Assembly (NCBI RefSeq): GCF_000022485.1
Contig: NC_012623.1
Location: 2,580,674-2,604,673 of the forward strand
From: Saccharolobus islandicus Y.N.15.51
GTDB taxonomy: Archaea > Thermoproteota > Thermoprotei_A > Sulfolobales > Sulfolobaceae
DNA: 24,000 bases
Direction: 5' to 3'
Shown: positions 1 through 9,380 of the stretch, in pieces
Layout of the letters: every line of letters starts with the position of its first letter
Numbering within the stretch: position 1 is the stretch's first letter
Position numbers and translations under genes: made by a program
Notes under the pieces: model-generated
What the model was told of the DNA's origin: nothing
The model's database searches: none
The model's input: the letters and a program-made list of their open reading frames with translations, nothing else

Positions 1-695
1 ACAGGTGAGGCTAAAGGATTATAATAGTCATTATCATCCTTAACATACTGCTTATTGTACCATAAAATTCTCTCATAGGTTAGGAAATATCCATCACCGT
101 AATTATATATTGAGGGGGAGGAATCTAACATGTTAACTACAGGGTATATTAAAACTTGATACTTCACAATATTATCCTTATTATCTCTATTAAGAATACT
201 AACTACTGCAGACAAATTGCCTCCTGCACTATCACCGGCAACTGCAATTTTTGACGTGTCTATTGATAACTTTCCTCCATTATTAGCCAACCACTTAACA
301 ACGTCATAAGCTTCATAAACTTGTGTAGGGAATTTGTGTTCTGGAGCTAATCTATAATCCACTGAAACTACTATCGTATTTGATAATTTCGAAATTAGCC
401 TACATACACTATCATGAGTATCTAAGTTCCCATAAACGAAACCTCCTCCATGATAATACACTACAGCGGGTAGGTTTTCCTTTAGGCTTGGAAAATAGAG
501 TCTAATTTTTATATCCCCATTACTCCCTGAAATAGTCATATTACGGATATCATTCAGTTCAACTTTCTCTTTATTAAATAAATTGACAAAAAGTTCATTT
601 CTGACTTTTCTGAACTCTTGTGGTGTTAGAGGAGTTGTAGGTAATAACGAATTTATTTTAGTTAGGAGATCTTTAACTTGAGGATCAAGTGGCAT
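1..695 (-). CDS. Carboxylesterase/lipase, hormone-sensitive-lipase (alpha/beta-hydrolase fold-3) family; 3' end lies outside the window
   Basis: Hand translation of the minus strand from the ATG at 695-693 gives MPLDPQVKDLLTKINSLLPTTPLTPQEF... It contains the HSL oxyanion motif YYHGGGFVYG and the nucleophile-elbow motif GDSAGGNL (about 205-240). The frame stays open to position 1. Confidence 0.85.
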   Translation of the reverse strand, partial: MPLDPQVKDLLTKINSLLPTTPLTPQEFRKVRNELFVNLFNKEKVELNDIRNMTISGSNGDIKIRLYFPSLKENLPAVVYYHGGGFVYGNLDTHDSVCRLISKLSNTIVVSVDYRLAPEHKFPTQVYEAYDVVKWLANNGGKLSIDTSKIAVAGDSAGGNLSAVVSILNRDNKDNIVKYQVLIYPVVNMLDSSPSIYNYGDGYFLTYERILWYNKQYVKDDNDYYNPLASP

Positions 696-728
696 GTTAT
701 AATAAATATGTTGAATTAAAATAAATAT

Positions 729-1673
729 TTAGCTGAAGAATTTTTTCGGATTCTCCTTGAATATTATATCTATAACCTCCTCACTCACTCCATTTTTCTT
801 TAAGAACGGTATGGTATCCTCAAATATTAGTGCCATACTCCATCTTGGAGCGAGTTTAGGTTTAAGCTCTGGTCTAGCAGTCCCCCAGTCAATTGTGCAA
901 CAATAGTCATGTGAAATCATTATCCTATCAGAGTAACCATCCTTGATTAGTTTCAATGTTGTTTCATTTCTCTTATCAACTGGTAAGAACAAATCTAAAC
1001 CATATCTATCTAATCCGATAAAGGATCCCTTATCTGCTATCTTCTTTATATAATCCGTATTATCAGTGTCCCCCAAATGTCCTATTAATATCTTTCCTGG
1101 ATCAACACCTTCTTCCATTAATATTCTCTGTTCTTCTAATCCAGTGTTATTGTGAGCATTAGAATGCGTAATTATAGGTACTTTAGCTTCCTTATGGGTT
1201 ATAGCTGCTGCTCTTATTACCTTCTCTACATCTTTAGTAATGCCTGGCTCGTCTGCAGCTATCTTTACGAAGCCAGCCTTATTGGAAGTAGCCTGTATTC
1301 CCTCTTTTATATCGTGAATAAATAGGTCAGCTATCTCATCAATTGACCTATTTAAGAAATAGAAAGGTAAGTCAACGTATATGTAAATCCCCGTCCCTGC
1401 TACCAAATTTATCCCAGTGTCCTTAACTACCTTTTCCATAAATCTAATGTCCCTTCCCAATCCCATTACTGTAGGATCCACTATAGTCTTTACTCCAAAT
1501 TGTATAGCCCTTTTAACCTCATTTACAGCGTTTCTTAACTCCTCATCTTCATTGTACAAATGAGGCCATTGATATCTGACTGCTTCACTAAAAACTCTTA
1601 AATGTTCATGAATCAGCGTAAATCCCATATCCTCAGCTTCTATTGGCTCTTTCCCAACTAATGGTATTCTCAT
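729..1673 (-). CDS. php: Phosphotriesterase-like lactonase (PLL, amidohydrolase fold; SsoPox/SisLac type)
   Basis: The 314-aa ORF is recognisably near-identical to the SsoPox sequence as I remember it (MRIPLVGK...GFTLIHEHL...ITHSNAHNNTG...ISHDYCCTIDWG...FKENPKKFFS). It has scattered substitutions typical of the S. islandicus orthologue. Confidence 0.95.
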   Translation of the reverse strand: MRIPLVGKEPIEAEDMGFTLIHEHLRVFSEAVRYQWPHLYNEDEELRNAVNEVKRAIQFGVKTIVDPTVMGLGRDIRFMEKVVKDTGINLVAGTGIYIYVDLPFYFLNRSIDEIADLFIHDIKEGIQATSNKAGFVKIAADEPGITKDVEKVIRAAAITHKEAKVPIITHSNAHNNTGLEEQRILMEEGVDPGKILIGHLGDTDNTDYIKKIADKGSFIGLDRYGLDLFLPVDKRNETTLKLIKDGYSDRIMISHDYCCTIDWGTARPELKPKLAPRWSMALIFEDTIPFLKKNGVSEEVIDIIFKENPKKFFS

Positions 1674-1752
1674 ATAATAGTTTATTTTTATCCATAATAG
1701 ATAAGCTTTTCTGTGAATAAAGGTTTATTAGTGTATATATCTAAATTTTTCT

Positions 1753-3435
1753 GTGAACCAAAGTATATTATCTGATAGACCATGGTTTAAATATTGGCCA
1801 CCTAAATTACCTAAGTCATTAGACTACCCAGAAGTTCCCCTATTCAATATTGTTGAGGTCTCCTCACAGAGGTATCCTAATAAGACTGCTATAATATATT
1901 ATGGTAATAGGATAACGTATAGGGAATTATGGGAAATTATACTTAGATTTTCAGCATTTCTACATAATGAACTTAAAGTGAGAAAAGGGGATCGAATAGC
2001 AGTATTTATGCCAAACTCAATACAATGGGTTATAGCGTATTTTGGAATTCTAAGAGCTAACGCGATATTGATTCCAATAAACCCATTATTGGCAGAAGAT
2101 GAGCTTAACTACATACTTAGGGACTCTGGTTCAGTTGGAGTAATAACTTTGTCCTCATATCTTAACAAGGTACTTAAAGCTAAAGAGAATACTCAAGTTA
2201 AATGGGTTATAGCAGGTAAGTTTAAGGACTATCTTCCAGAGAAACCAGAAATAAAGGTCCATCCATTGATGCAGAAAGAGCCAGAGTTAAGCGATGACGT
2301 GATTCCTTGGAAGGAAACTTTAAGAAACAATTATACTCCACCATCAGTTGAGGTAAGGGCTGAAGATATTGCCGTAATTCCCTATACTTCGGGCACAACT
2401 GGAGTTCCAAAGGGTTGTATTCATACGCATTCAACCATATGGCCTACGATCTTGGGTTCAGTTATCTGGAATACGTTAGCGCCTTCTGCAGTAACCTTAT
2501 CGTCGTTACCAGTATTTCACGTGACTGGTTTCGTTCATAGCTTAAACGCTCCATTATATATTGGGAGTACGATAGTTTTACTGACTATTTGGGATAGGGA
2601 GGCAGCCCTAGATGCGATAGAGAAGTATAAGGTCACCCATTGGACTAACATATCCACCATGGTTGTAGATTTGTTAGCTACACCAGGCGTAGAAAAGAGG
2701 AATTTGAGCTCGCTAATGCTGGTAGGTGGAGGAGGTGCTCCCATGCCTGAGGCTGTTGCTAGAAAGTTAAAGGAGTTAACTGGGTTAGATTATATTGAGG
2801 GTTACGGATTAACTGAAACCATGTCTCAAACCCATGTTAATCCTCCACAGAGACCTAAGTTACAGTGTTTAGGGATTCCACATTTTGGAGTTGACGCTTT
2901 AATAATCGATCCATCCACTGGTGAAGTGCTTCCACCTAATAGGGAAGGGGAAATAATAGTTAGGTGCCCTAGTTTATTTAAGGGTTATTGGAATAATGAG
3001 GAAGAAACTAGGAAGTCATTCATAACTGTTAATGGTTTAGAATATTTCAGAACTGGAGATCTTGGATATATGGATGAGGAAGGATATTTCTTTATCCTCG
3101 ATAGAATAAAGAGAATGATAAATAGAGCGGGATATAAGGTATGGCCAACTAAGGTAGAAAACAAACTATATCAGCATCCGGCAGTTTTAGAAGCGTGTGT
3201 AGTTGCTACACCAGATCCGAGAACTAATGAGGAAGTTAAGGCGTATATAGTATTAAAACCAGAATATAAGGGGAAGATAAGTGCAGAAGAAATAAGGGAA
3301 TGGTGTAAACAACACATGAGCGCTTATGAATATCCCAGGGTTATAGAATTTGTAGATTCATTACCAAAGAGTGGATCAGGTAAAATATTGTGGAGGATAC
3401 TTCAAGAGAAAGAGAAAGGAATCAGTAACAAATAA
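1753..3435 (+). CDS. AMP-dependent acyl-CoA synthetase/ligase (fatty-acid--CoA ligase-like)
   Basis: 560-aa ORF with a GTG start. It carries the AMP-binding signature IPYTSGTTGVPKG, a YGLTE motif, TGDLGYMDEEGYFFILDRIK and a C-terminal SGKILWR. It is divergent from the lactonase across a 79-bp AT-rich spacer. Confidence 0.9.
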   Translation: MNQSILSDRPWFKYWPPKLPKSLDYPEVPLFNIVEVSSQRYPNKTAIIYYGNRITYRELWEIILRFSAFLHNELKVRKGDRIAVFMPNSIQWVIAYFGILRANAILIPINPLLAEDELNYILRDSGSVGVITLSSYLNKVLKAKENTQVKWVIAGKFKDYLPEKPEIKVHPLMQKEPELSDDVIPWKETLRNNYTPPSVEVRAEDIAVIPYTSGTTGVPKGCIHTHSTIWPTILGSVIWNTLAPSAVTLSSLPVFHVTGFVHSLNAPLYIGSTIVLLTIWDREAALDAIEKYKVTHWTNISTMVVDLLATPGVEKRNLSSLMLVGGGGAPMPEAVARKLKELTGLDYIEGYGLTETMSQTHVNPPQRPKLQCLGIPHFGVDALIIDPSTGEVLPPNREGEIIVRCPSLFKGYWNNEEETRKSFITVNGLEYFRTGDLGYMDEEGYFFILDRIKRMINRAGYKVWPTKVENKLYQHPAVLEACVVATPDPRTNEEVKAYIVLKPEYKGKISAEEIREWCKQHMSAYEYPRVIEFVDSLPKSGSGKILWRILQEKEKGISNK

Positions 3436-3491
3436 GCTAATGAGAAGTTAGAGATTTTTTTACTAATACGAAGAATATTAATTACAATAGA

Positions 3492-3935
3492 TCATGATAA
3501 TTTTGAAGAAATACAGTTTATTATATGGCTTATATTGGGCTCGGCTATTCTTCTAATGTTGTCCTCCCCTAAAAGTTTAGATAACATTCCAAGATCTACC
3601 CTGGCAAACCAACTCACTCTAGTAATTTCCTCACCTTCCTCTAATCCCATGACGATATTAAACTTTATTCCAACCCCAGCAGATCTACCGTTACCGTTTA
3701 TCTCTACACTAGTCTCTTTTTCAAGGATATTTGCAGTTATTAAGGCAGTTAATGTGCTCATATGGGGTATTTTCATTTGCGACACATCTAGCTTGAAATT
3801 CGCTTTAAATGCATTATTCATTACCTCATAGCTCTGTAATCCAGGGAGGCATTCTGCAAACTGCTTAGGATTAGTTAAGAATTCCTTAGCTGCGTTTATC
3901 TTTTTCTTTACCTCAAAAATTCCCTTAAAATCCAT
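3492..3935 (-). CDS. CoxG-like SRPBCC-fold protein, probable membrane-association partner of the adjacent G3P dehydrogenase
   Basis: 147-aa ORF whose start lies 3 nt downstream of the stop of the upstream dehydrogenase gene. Its size and sequence style match CoxG/SRPBCC proteins. The same G3PDH-CoxG pairing is described for Sulfolobus acidocaldarius, from my recollection of the literature. Confidence 0.65.
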   Translation of the reverse strand: MDFKGIFEVKKKINAAKEFLTNPKQFAECLPGLQSYEVMNNAFKANFKLDVSQMKIPHMSTLTALITANILEKETSVEINGNGRSAGVGIKFNIVMGLEEGEEITRVSWFARVDLGMLSKLLGEDNIRRIAEPNISHIINCISSKLS

Positions 3936-3938
3936 TTC

Positions 3939-5237
3939 CTATATCCTCCCCCTAGAAATTAGTGATAAAAAAATATATAGTGAACTTAAATACCTTTCCT
4001 CATCTAAGGATCCTTTCCTATCTAAAATACTCTTCACCACCGCTTTAGGTATCCCAATCCTTTCAGCGTAATCCAACAGATTAATATCTAGAGGGCTAAT
4101 CAGCTTAGTCATTGCAGTTTTACTCACACTCTTTATGCCTAGCTTAGAAGAGACTAAATCAGCTACTCTTTCTCCAACTAGTCTACCAGTTGTAAACTTA
4201 CCACCAATTACGGATACTAATCCTCTTAACCCATTTTCTTTTTCGTGATCAATTAATCTAAAATCCCTAGTAGCCTCTCTTGCAGAGACATCAATTCTAA
4301 TTAAAGGTCTTATGGAGGCATAAGATCTAACTACCTTCATTTCCTTTAATTTTGGTATTAGGTAAGCTCCCTCACTTACTAACATATTAATATCTTCATC
4401 TGACATGGTGAAGTTGTCTGGATCCTCAATAATTGTAGCTGTAGTTCCTAGAATTGACGAATCAGCGTATGGTACAATTATGTCTCCATCAGAGGGCGGT
4501 CTCAATCTATTAATAACCATGTTGTTAACCCTTTGGGCAAAGACTGTCATAATTCCCGCAGTTGGCATTATTGGTATTTCCTCTAAACCAGCCATCCTTA
4601 TAATTTTGAAGGACCAGGGTCCTGCTGTATTAACTATAAAGTCAGATTTTATCACGTTAGTAGTATTGTTTATTTTGTCGAAAACCTTAACTCCCTTAAC
4701 ACTATCTTTATCCCTTATAAACTCTACTACCTCATTATACGTTAAAATCTTAGCTCCGTTTAACGATGCTGTAACTGCGACGCTAGCCATTAGGTCGTAA
4801 CCATAAACTACTTTGTCGGGAACCCAAATCGCCAGCTTTGTATCCCTATTAATAAAGGGTTCACTCTGTAACAACTCATTAACGTCCACGACTTTATGTT
4901 CGATTCCAACTTCTTTTAACGCTTTCATGAAAGTTTCAGAGAATTGTAGGTCATCGTTAGTAATGCCAAGAAATACTCCACCAGTATCTTTCACTGCATG
5001 AGGAGCAATTTTCGATATTATCTTATTCTCTTGAATACACTCCTTAGCGGATTCTGGATCAGATACCGCATATCTAGCCCCACTATGAAGAAGCCCGTGA
5101 AATTTTCCGGAAGTTCCAGAACCTATATCGCTTCTTTCTACCAGTATTATGTCAATTCCTCTTAACGCTAAATCTAAGGCAGTAAATAAACCGCTGATTC
5201 CTCCTCCAATTACTGTTACTGTAGATTTAATCTCCAT
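3939..5237 (-). CDS. FAD-dependent glycerol-3-phosphate dehydrogenase (short GlpA/GlpD-like)
   Basis: 432-aa ORF with an N-terminal Rossmann FAD motif, VIGGGISGLFTALDLALRGIDIILVER, followed by SGKFHGLLHSGARY. It is divergent from glpK across a 182-bp spacer. Confidence 0.85.
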   Translation of the reverse strand: MEIKSTVTVIGGGISGLFTALDLALRGIDIILVERSDIGSGTSGKFHGLLHSGARYAVSDPESAKECIQENKIISKIAPHAVKDTGGVFLGITNDDLQFSETFMKALKEVGIEHKVVDVNELLQSEPFINRDTKLAIWVPDKVVYGYDLMASVAVTASLNGAKILTYNEVVEFIRDKDSVKGVKVFDKINNTTNVIKSDFIVNTAGPWSFKIIRMAGLEEIPIMPTAGIMTVFAQRVNNMVINRLRPPSDGDIIVPYADSSILGTTATIIEDPDNFTMSDEDINMLVSEGAYLIPKLKEMKVVRSYASIRPLIRIDVSAREATRDFRLIDHEKENGLRGLVSVIGGKFTTGRLVGERVADLVSSKLGIKSVSKTAMTKLISPLDINLLDYAERIGIPKAVVKSILDRKGSLDEERYLSSLYIFLSLISRGRI

Positions 5238-5419
5238 AGTAATGTGTTACGAACCTAGCATTAAAAATGTTGATATTGGTAACTCGCTTATAGATATATC
5301 ACTTGTAAATTTTGTTTTTTAAAATGTATCTAGTAATCAATATTACTTAGATATAAATCCAAATATCTTCCTAAAATGATCTAAAAGAGTTAAATATTAG
5401 TTAAACAAATAATTTTATT

Positions 5420-6016
5420 GTGCCTAATAGCTTCATCTTTGCAATAGATGAGGGAACAACAAGTGCTAGGGCAATAATCTACAATCAAGATTTAGAAATA
5501 GTAGGAATAGGTCAACACGAGTTCCCTCAGCATTATCCACAACCAGGGTATGTTGAACATAACCCCCATGAGATATGGAATTCACAAATGCTGGCCATAA
5601 AGGAGGCGATGGAAAAGGCAAAGATTGAGGGCAAGCAGATTACCGGAATTGGAGTGACCAATCAGAGGGAGACTATAATACTGTGGGATGTAAAAAGTGG
5701 AAAGCCAATTTACAATGCAATAGTTTGGCAAGATAGAAGAACTTCACATACAACAGATTGGCTAAAGTCAAATTACTTTAGGATGATTAAGGATAAAACG
5801 GGGCTAGTTCCAGACCCTTATTTTAGCGCATCCAAGATAAAGTGGATATTGGATAACGTTCCTAATGCAAGGGAAAAGGCTGAAAGAGGAGAAATAAAGT
5901 TTGGAACTGTAGATACGTATCTAATATGGAAATTAACTAATGGGAAAGTTCACATAACTGATTATTCAAACGCCTCAAGAACCGTGTTATTTAATGAATC
6001 CTATCTGTTTCGTTAA
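5420..6016 (+). pseudogene. glpK: Glycerol kinase, N-terminal fragment only (about 192 of about 500 codons), then 6 unrelated codons and a stop
   Basis: GTG start. [15 protein letters not shown]...[13 protein letters not shown]...IVWQDRRT...[11 protein letters not shown]...[13 protein letters not shown]...TDYSNASRT are canonical FGGY/GlpK N-domain motifs. Similarity ends at about 5995 (..VLFN|ESYLFR*). There the sequence becomes the 3' end of a convergent MFS gene. Confidence 0.85.
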
Positions 6017-7022
6017 TATTGGAAAGTAAAATACGCCAAGTACTGATGCAACTCTACTAATTTCAGTAGCAAATCCTTGTCCAACCGCCCTAACTGGAGT
6101 TGGATATAGTTCAGTTGGATAAAATAATGTTACTGCTCCTGACCATTGTTCAAAGGCTACGAACAACATGAAATATGGTACTAATATTCCTCCAGTGACC
6201 TTATAAACTCCTCCTAGATAAAGTAATAGCGTCATGAAACCTAATCCAACTAGAAGTACCATTCTTCTTCATAAAGAGTCAACAAGGAGATCAGCAATAA
6301 TATATCCTAAAATGGAAGCTCCAGCGATAGCCTGAGTCCCCAGTACTGCCTCATATTTAGATGGAAATGCAAATTCTTCAGGTAAAGCTGGATAATACAG
6401 ACCATCCCATAAGCGGCAACATCAAATAGGAATCAAACACTAGTTACAAAAAGTGTAATCTTTAGTAGTTTTCCCTTAAATAAATCGGCTACACCTCTAT
6501 TATCTGCAATTTCCCAGAACTTTGTTGAACTTTTCATCTCGAGATTGTTATTGGGAGTTGGAATAGGTGGAGATTTCCCATAAGTAGCATATTAATGTCT
6601 GAACTTTCACCTTCAAGATCTAGGGGAAGATATTTGACTGGGTCCGTAGCAATGTATTGGGTTGGTGTTGCAATTTCCGGAATCGTAACGTTATTTTTAT
6701 TGCCTATCGGAAATTACTTCTGGAGATGTATTTTTAATTGGGTTTATGCCAAAAACTAAGAAGAAAAGATCGAGATCAATTATCTTATTTCTACCCATCT
6801 TATCTGATAACCATCCAAATAATATGGAGCCTGGTATCATACCAATCAACGATGCAGCTAACAATAAACTATACTGGGCAGTTGTTAAGGAGATCTGTTT
6901 ATATATTACCGTAACCGCAAATGATATTGCGTTTAAATCGTAACCGTCTAGTAAAAACCTGCTGAAGCTACTATGAACGTTTTAATCCTTGTTGAAAGTT
7001 GAATATTATCGAAGTAGCTCAT
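5987..7022 (-). pseudogene. MFS-family transporter, heavily decayed (frameshifts, two in-frame TGA codons, one inverted internal segment, missing pieces)
   Basis: - N-terminus from the ATG at 7022: MSYFDNIQLSTRIKTFIVASAGF, then a frameshift in a T-run, then LLDGYDLNAISFAV...GWLSDKMGRNK.
- C-terminal half, 6540 down to 5987: [56 protein letters not shown]...[15 protein letters not shown].
- TGA sits where W and the G of the D-x-x-G-R-R motif are expected. Confidence 0.8.
6541..6745 (+). other. Internal MFS segment (TM4-TM6 region) lying in inverted orientation relative to the rest of the pseudogene
   Basis: The plus strand reads [13 protein letters not shown], then a 1-nt frameshift, then [49 protein letters not shown]. 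These are MFS motifs on the strand opposite the flanking N- and C-terminal pieces. The left breakpoint sits in the 10-bp palindrome atctcgagat (6536-6545). Confidence 0.6.
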
Positions 7023-7073
7023 TGCAATTATCTCATTATTTTATAAATAAAAGTGTTTCTACGTGAAAAAGGT

Positions 7074-7946
7074 TCACTTGGAGAGATATTTCCAAGATAG
7101 TACTATACCGATTGTAGATAATATTAATGCGAATAATCCTAGATAAAGGAAGTCTAGGCCAAGATTAGTGCTTATTCCTAGCAATAATCCTCTTGCAACA
7201 CCATTGGAATACGTTAATGGATTAATGTATGCTACTGGCTTTAACCAGTACGGCATTGATTTCACTGGATAGAATGCGTTGCTGGTAAAGAGTAATGGTA
7301 GGTTTAATAAATTCATTATTGCCATTTGGGACTCCCAACTTATGACTCTCAGTGCCAGCATTAGGAATAGTGAAGATAATCCGAAAGCCATGAGAAACAA
7401 TGCAGCGTAAACTCCTAGGAAGTCAAGAGGGTTAATTCCAGGATAGAAGGTCATTCCTAACAATATAGCTACTGCAAGGACAATCGTAGCTTGCACTAGT
7501 GACCTTATTACAGCAGATAACACTTTACCTATTATTATATTCCCTCTGGCTACAGGAGTAGTTAGAATTCTATCTAGTACTCCCAATCTTCTGTCCCAAA
7601 CTATAGACATACCGCTCTGCATCGATGTGAATAGCACTATGAAGGATAGCATTCCAGCCGCTAGGAAGGAGAAGTAATCACTAGTCCCGAAGGTCTGTTT
7701 AAGTATTTCTAAACCTATTTGATCTAACACTTGCTTTGGTATTGTTAGGCCAGGGATGTTATAGGAGGTCCCAGTAAAGATGCTACCTAGATTCATCGCT
7801 TTACCGAATATTCCTATCCAGAATATTGGCTGTATTAATGAAAGGAGAAGTATCACTGGAGCCTTATACCACTTCTTCAATTCTCTAGATGCTAAAGTCC
7901 ACAAACCGTGAAAAACGGAATAGTTATTTTTTTCCTCCTCTATCAT
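7074..7946 (-). CDS. ABC-2 type transporter permease
   Basis: 290-aa polytopic hydrophobic ORF with about 6 TM segments. It overlaps the upstream ATPase gene by 4 nt, indicating translational coupling. Confidence 0.85.
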   Translation of the reverse strand: MIEEEKNNYSVFHGLWTLASRELKKWYKAPVILLLSLIQPIFWIGIFGKAMNLGSIFTGTSYNIPGLTIPKQVLDQIGLEILKQTFGTSDYFSFLAAGMLSFIVLFTSMQSGMSIVWDRRLGVLDRILTTPVARGNIIIGKVLSAVIRSLVQATIVLAVAILLGMTFYPGINPLDFLGVYAALFLMAFGLSSLFLMLALRVISWESQMAIMNLLNLPLLFTSNAFYPVKSMPYWLKPVAYINPLTYSNGVARGLLLGISTNLGLDFLYLGLFALILSTIGIVLSWKYLSK

Positions 7947-8941
7947 GTTCTCGCCCTCCTCATAGTTCTTCTAAATGCGAACATTTCTTGTGCGCTAGCA
8001 TCTTCATCTCTCAGCCTCTTTCCAGTGAACTCCATATATACCTCATCCATTGTTGGTTCAGTAATTGACATTCTACTAACCTTAATACCATTTTTAACTA
8101 AAGACTCTAGGATCTCTGGAGCTTTCTCCTCACCATTCCTAACCTTAATTCTAATACCATCATTTGCTTTCTTTACATTTAATATTCCATCTATTGAGGA
8201 AACTACCTTAATTGCCAATTCGTCATTATTGGTCTGGAGTGAAACTAAATCCCCACCAATCTTCTCTTTTAACTCCTTGGGGCTTCCTATTGCTAAAATC
8301 TTTCCCTTATCAATAATTGCAATTCTATCCCCGTACATGTCAGCCTCCTCTAAATAGTGCGTGGTAACAAATATTGTCATCTTATATTCCTCCTTTAGCT
8401 TCATTATGTATTGCCATATTGCAGCCCTAGTTTGCGCGTCTAAACCTAACGTTGGCTCATCTAAGAACAGTATTCTAGGTCTACTTATTAGTGACATAGC
8501 AATTTCCAATCTCCTCCTCATACCTCCAGAATACGTTTCAACTTTTCTCTTAGCAGCATAAGTTAACTCAACCATTTCAAGTAACTCCTTAGATCTCTCC
8601 TCTGCTACTTTCTTTGGTATTCCGTAAAGTCCTGCCATCATCATCATGTTTTCCCAACCAGTCAAATCCTCATCCGCAGTGTATTCTTGTGGTACTACGC
8701 CTATTGATTGTCTAACATGTGCGGGCTGTTTTATTACATCATATCCATTAACAGTTGCAGTTCCTTCAGACGGTGTTAATACAGTAGTTAACATTTTTAT
8801 TGTGGTTGACTTCCCAGCCCCATTAGGACCTAGAAAGCCAAATATTTCACCCTCATATACTTCAAAATTAATGTGATCAACCGCAACGGACTTTCCAAAT
8901 CTCTTAGTCAGATTTATAGCTTTTATCGCGAGATTACGCAC
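7943..8941 (-). CDS. ABC transporter ATP-binding protein (DrrA/ABC-2 exporter type)
   Basis: 332-aa ORF with Walker A GPNGAGKST, signature YSGGMRRR, Walker B ILFLDEPTLGLD and an H-loop TTHYLEEA. Confidence 0.92.
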   Translation of the reverse strand: MRNLAIKAINLTKRFGKSVAVDHINFEVYEGEIFGFLGPNGAGKSTTIKMLTTVLTPSEGTATVNGYDVIKQPAHVRQSIGVVPQEYTADEDLTGWENMMMMAGLYGIPKKVAEERSKELLEMVELTYAAKRKVETYSGGMRRRLEIAMSLISRPRILFLDEPTLGLDAQTRAAIWQYIMKLKEEYKMTIFVTTHYLEEADMYGDRIAIIDKGKILAIGSPKELKEKIGGDLVSLQTNNDELAIKVVSSIDGILNVKKANDGIRIKVRNGEEKAPEILESLVKNGIKVSRMSITEPTMDEVYMEFTGKRLRDEDASAQEMFAFRRTMRRART

Positions 8942-9380
8942 CTTTAACGACCTCCTCTATTTCCTTTACCGCGTTCAAGATCCTCTCTTTATATTCAAAG
9001 AGTTTATTCTTTTCGACTTCCTTAAAGAATTGCGCTAGTCCTTCTAGTTCTTGTATAGAATCTTCAATGCTATTTATCTGCTTAATGGGTAAGATCTCCT
9101 TAATCTCCTCTATTCCTTTAACAGTGATCTTGTATTTGCCATCAGAAGTTCTCTCTATTGTTCCTTCTTCTACCATTTTATTAAGAAGTGGATATATTGA
9201 ACCAGGAGAAGGTTTCCAAAAGCCCCAGCTCATTTTGTTAATATCATCGATAATGTCAATGCCTCTTTTTGGAGATTGCCATAGTAGCCAAAGGGTCATT
9301 AATCTTAATCTTCCTTTTTGTCTTACTATTAACTCACTCATACTATCAGAATCGATAGTAATAAATTTAAAGTTACCCAA
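8934..9380 (-). CDS. PadR-family transcriptional regulator (first gene of the PadR-ABC operon); likely true start is M14 at 9341
   Basis: The winged-helix PadR pattern is present: LMTLWLLWQSPKRGIDII...PSPGSIYPLLNKMVEEGTIER. It overlaps the ABC ATPase gene by 8 nt. A TATA-like tttaaattta (minus strand, about 9362-9371) lies about 30 nt upstream of the ATG at 9341. That favours a leaderless transcript starting there. Confidence 0.8.
   Translation of the reverse strand: MGNFKFITIDSDSMSELIVRQKGRLRLMTLWLLWQSPKRGIDIIDDINKMSWGFWKPSPGSIYPLLNKMVEEGTIERTSDGKYKITVKGIEEIKEILPIKQINSIEDSIQELEGLAQFFKEVEKNKLFEYKERILNAVKEIEEVVKGA

Noticed and set aside
2222-5001. Track ORFs antisense to the acyl-CoA ligase, CoxG-like and G3PDH genes (2222-2434, 2535-2744, 3535-3831, 4405-4800, 4813-5001)
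   Set aside because: They lie entirely inside strong, motif-bearing genes on the other strand. Their translations are low-complexity (S/L/I/P-rich) with no recognisable motifs. They are typical shadow ORFs.
6746-6943. 65-aa plus-strand ORF (MPKTKKKRSRS...)
   Set aside because: The opposite strand here carries clear MFS N-terminal motifs (LLDGYDLNAISFAV...GWLSDKMGR). The plus-strand ORF is a shadow of that pseudogene.
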